NCBI GenBank assembly: GCA_026770705.1
Contig: JANJGN010000242.1
Location: 186,001-250,000 of the forward strand
DNA: 64,000 bases
Source: Isurus oxyrinchus
Taxonomy: Eukaryota
Direction of reading: 5' to 3'
In this document: positions 63,553 to 64,000 of the stretch, in pieces
How positions within the stretch are numbered: position 1 is the stretch's first letter
Layout: each line of letters opens with the position of its first letter
Notes under the pieces: model-generated
Told to the model about the DNA's origin: nothing
Database searches by the model: none
What the model saw: the letters and a program-made list of their open reading frames with translations, nothing else
Position numbers and translations under genes: made by a program

Positions 63553-64000
63553 AGACTCAAAGCGCAGTAATACACGGCGGCGTCAGTCAGCTGCAGATCC
63601 AAGATGGTTAAACTGGTGAATTTAGTGGAGACTTGGAGCTCCAAAGAGAAACGAGTTCTCGCAAATTCTGCCTTTTCTTCATAGTTACCGGTATTCTTTA
63701 AAAGTACAAACTGGGGCTGTGTGTCTGGGTGTTGTCGATACCAGTATAACGTATAGCTGCTCCTTGCAGTATCAAAGTTACAGTTTAAAGTCACCTCGCC
63801 TCCTTCTGTCTTAACATCCGATAAGAGTGGCTGAGTGACAGAATCTCCATGAGTCCCGTCTGGAAAAAAATATATTAAACAGAAAATTTAAGACCGACAG
63901 TTGATTGAAATCTGATTGAAGCCATGCCTGGAAATGAGATAAAAGATGAAATGTATTCCCTTCACAATTACCTGTAAGAATTGCTGCCCACACAACCCAG
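63553..64000 (-). CDS. Intact TCR Vdelta/alpha gene segment: V exon 63553-63859; leader 63972->64000 cut by the window edge
   Basis: Leader ..WVVWAAILT G|GTAATT, acceptor TTTTTTCCAG. V reads DGTHGDSVTQPLLSDVKTEGGEVTLNCNFDTARSSYTLYWYRQHPDTQPQFVLLKNTGNYEEKAEFARTRFSLELQVSTKFTSLTILDLQLTDAAVYYCALS, with both Cys and the Trp. Confidence 0.96.

Overview
Eukaryotic, repeat-rich DNA, almost certainly from a cartilaginous fish (Deu-domain SINEs, CR1/Penelope families, NAR-type V genes). The window is part of a T-cell receptor alpha/delta V-gene region. It holds two duplicated NAR-TCR-type V-D-J cassettes on the + strand (about 32.3-37.8 kb and 44.7-46.0 kb), both pseudogenised. The first is followed by a leaderless supporting-Vdelta remnant and a 62-bp tandem repeat whose monomer is a complete 23-spacer recombination signal sequence (RSS). 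There is one intact conventional TCR V exon with a near-consensus RSS (63.5-64 kb, - strand), four clear V pseudogenes (53-61 kb) and several eroded V relics (17-20 kb). An intact two-exon GPR139/GPR142-like GPCR gene (26.0-28.5 kb) lies among them. The left end has a C2H2 zinc-finger pseudogene and a Gmr1-like (integrase-before-RT) LTR retrotransposon remnant. The rest is CR1, L2, Tx1 and Penelope fragments (one with an intact minimal hammerhead core), SINEs and simple repeats, plus a 414-nt N gap. Family assignments come from manual translation and motif recognition, not database searches. Repeat boundaries are approximate.
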